This document shows positions 63,320 to 64,000 of a DNA stretch of 64,000 nucleotides, piece after piece; position 1 is the stretch's first letter, and each line of letters begins with the position of its first letter. The notes beneath the pieces are model-generated. The model searched no databases. It had not been told where the DNA came from and saw only the letters and a program-made list of their open reading frames with translations. The stretch spans positions 1 to 64,000 of the forward strand of contig NW_021832380.1 in assembly GCF_006345805.1 (NCBI RefSeq), read 5' to 3'. The translations under genes and the position numbers were made by a program. The stretch is from Octopus sinensis (taxonomy: Eukaryota).

Positions 63320-64000
63320 AGGTAAATTAAATGAGTATGGAAGCTTTTTATGTAATTTTTTACAAACTCTTGTAAAAGATTATTTCAGATGCTTATTATT
63401 TCTGCTTTTGTTTGGGATTTGCTCACTAGTCCAAACCCTCGTAATTTATACTTTATATAAGCCCAGATGTGCTCTATTGGATTCAAGTCAGGGCTTTGAG
63501 GAGGACAATCAAGAGTTTTAATATTTTTTTGCGTGTCCATTTGCAAACAAGCGGTATGCTTGGGATCGTTATTATGCATTAAGATGAAAGTATTTAGTCC
63601 CATTTCCGAAGCTCTTTGAAATAGATTTTGGGCCAAATGTTACTTATAAAATGCATTATTCATTTTATCGTCGATGAAAACAATTCTTCCAACGCCTTTA
63701 GACGAAATACAGCCCCATAACATTATGTTCCCACCACCGTGTTTGACAGTAGGGAGATTTTATCTGAATTATAATGTTCTAATGGATAATATTAATGTCC
63801 GTCACTCTGATATAAGTTAAATTTGTACTCATCGGAAAAAACTACTGTTTCAAGTTCCTCGTTTGACATACTCAAACATTTATCCGAGAATGATTTTCTT
63901 TTTTCAATGTTTACCCGTATTAAAAGTGGTTTTTAACTGGTGTTTTAGTAATAAGACCGGCAGATCGTAACGTATTTGATATACTTGATGTTGATATTGT
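63320..64000 (-). mobile_element. Tc1-like transposase remnant, runs off the window
   Basis: [29 protein letters not shown]. Confidence 0.85.

Noticed and set aside
1-64000. Microsporidian or bacterial origin of the window
   Set aside because: Intron-rich genes, eukaryotic 18S and eukaryote-specific genes (ELOA, TTC4, SLC25A11) argue against it, despite the microsporidian-style retroelements.

Overview
AT-rich eukaryotic genomic DNA. Small, GC-richer gene islands with very short spliceosomal introns (21-29 nt where I could delimit them) sit in a dense field of nested, mostly decayed transposable elements. Recognisable host genes: TTC4/Cns1, a secreted thioredoxin, SLC25A11, a MARVEL protein, cytosolic IleRS and Elongin A, plus a split GH27 alpha-galactosidase/NAGA pseudogene and a disrupted multi-Ig receptor. 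Mobile elements: about 14 loci of a CRE-like RLE retrotransposon (one near full length, with an N-terminal PHD finger), microsporidian-style RLE retroelements, APE-RT LINEs (one with a 2A/StopGo motif), tRNA-derived SINEs sharing a structured core, Helitrons carrying a 94-bp minisatellite, Tc1 (one intact, DD35E), Tigger, Merlin, hAT and MITE remnants. Two decayed 18S rDNA fragments are present. The tiny introns and divergent 18S suggest a compact-genome parasitic animal such as a dicyemid; this is inference and was not verified. Some homopolymer frameshifts may be assembly errors, and the ends of degenerate elements are approximate. The most unusual observations are a SINE core with HDV-ribozyme-order pseudoknot pairings and covariation, a Helitron minisatellite apparently amplified from the element's own helicase motif, PHD-bearing CRE elements, and the 2A-LINE.
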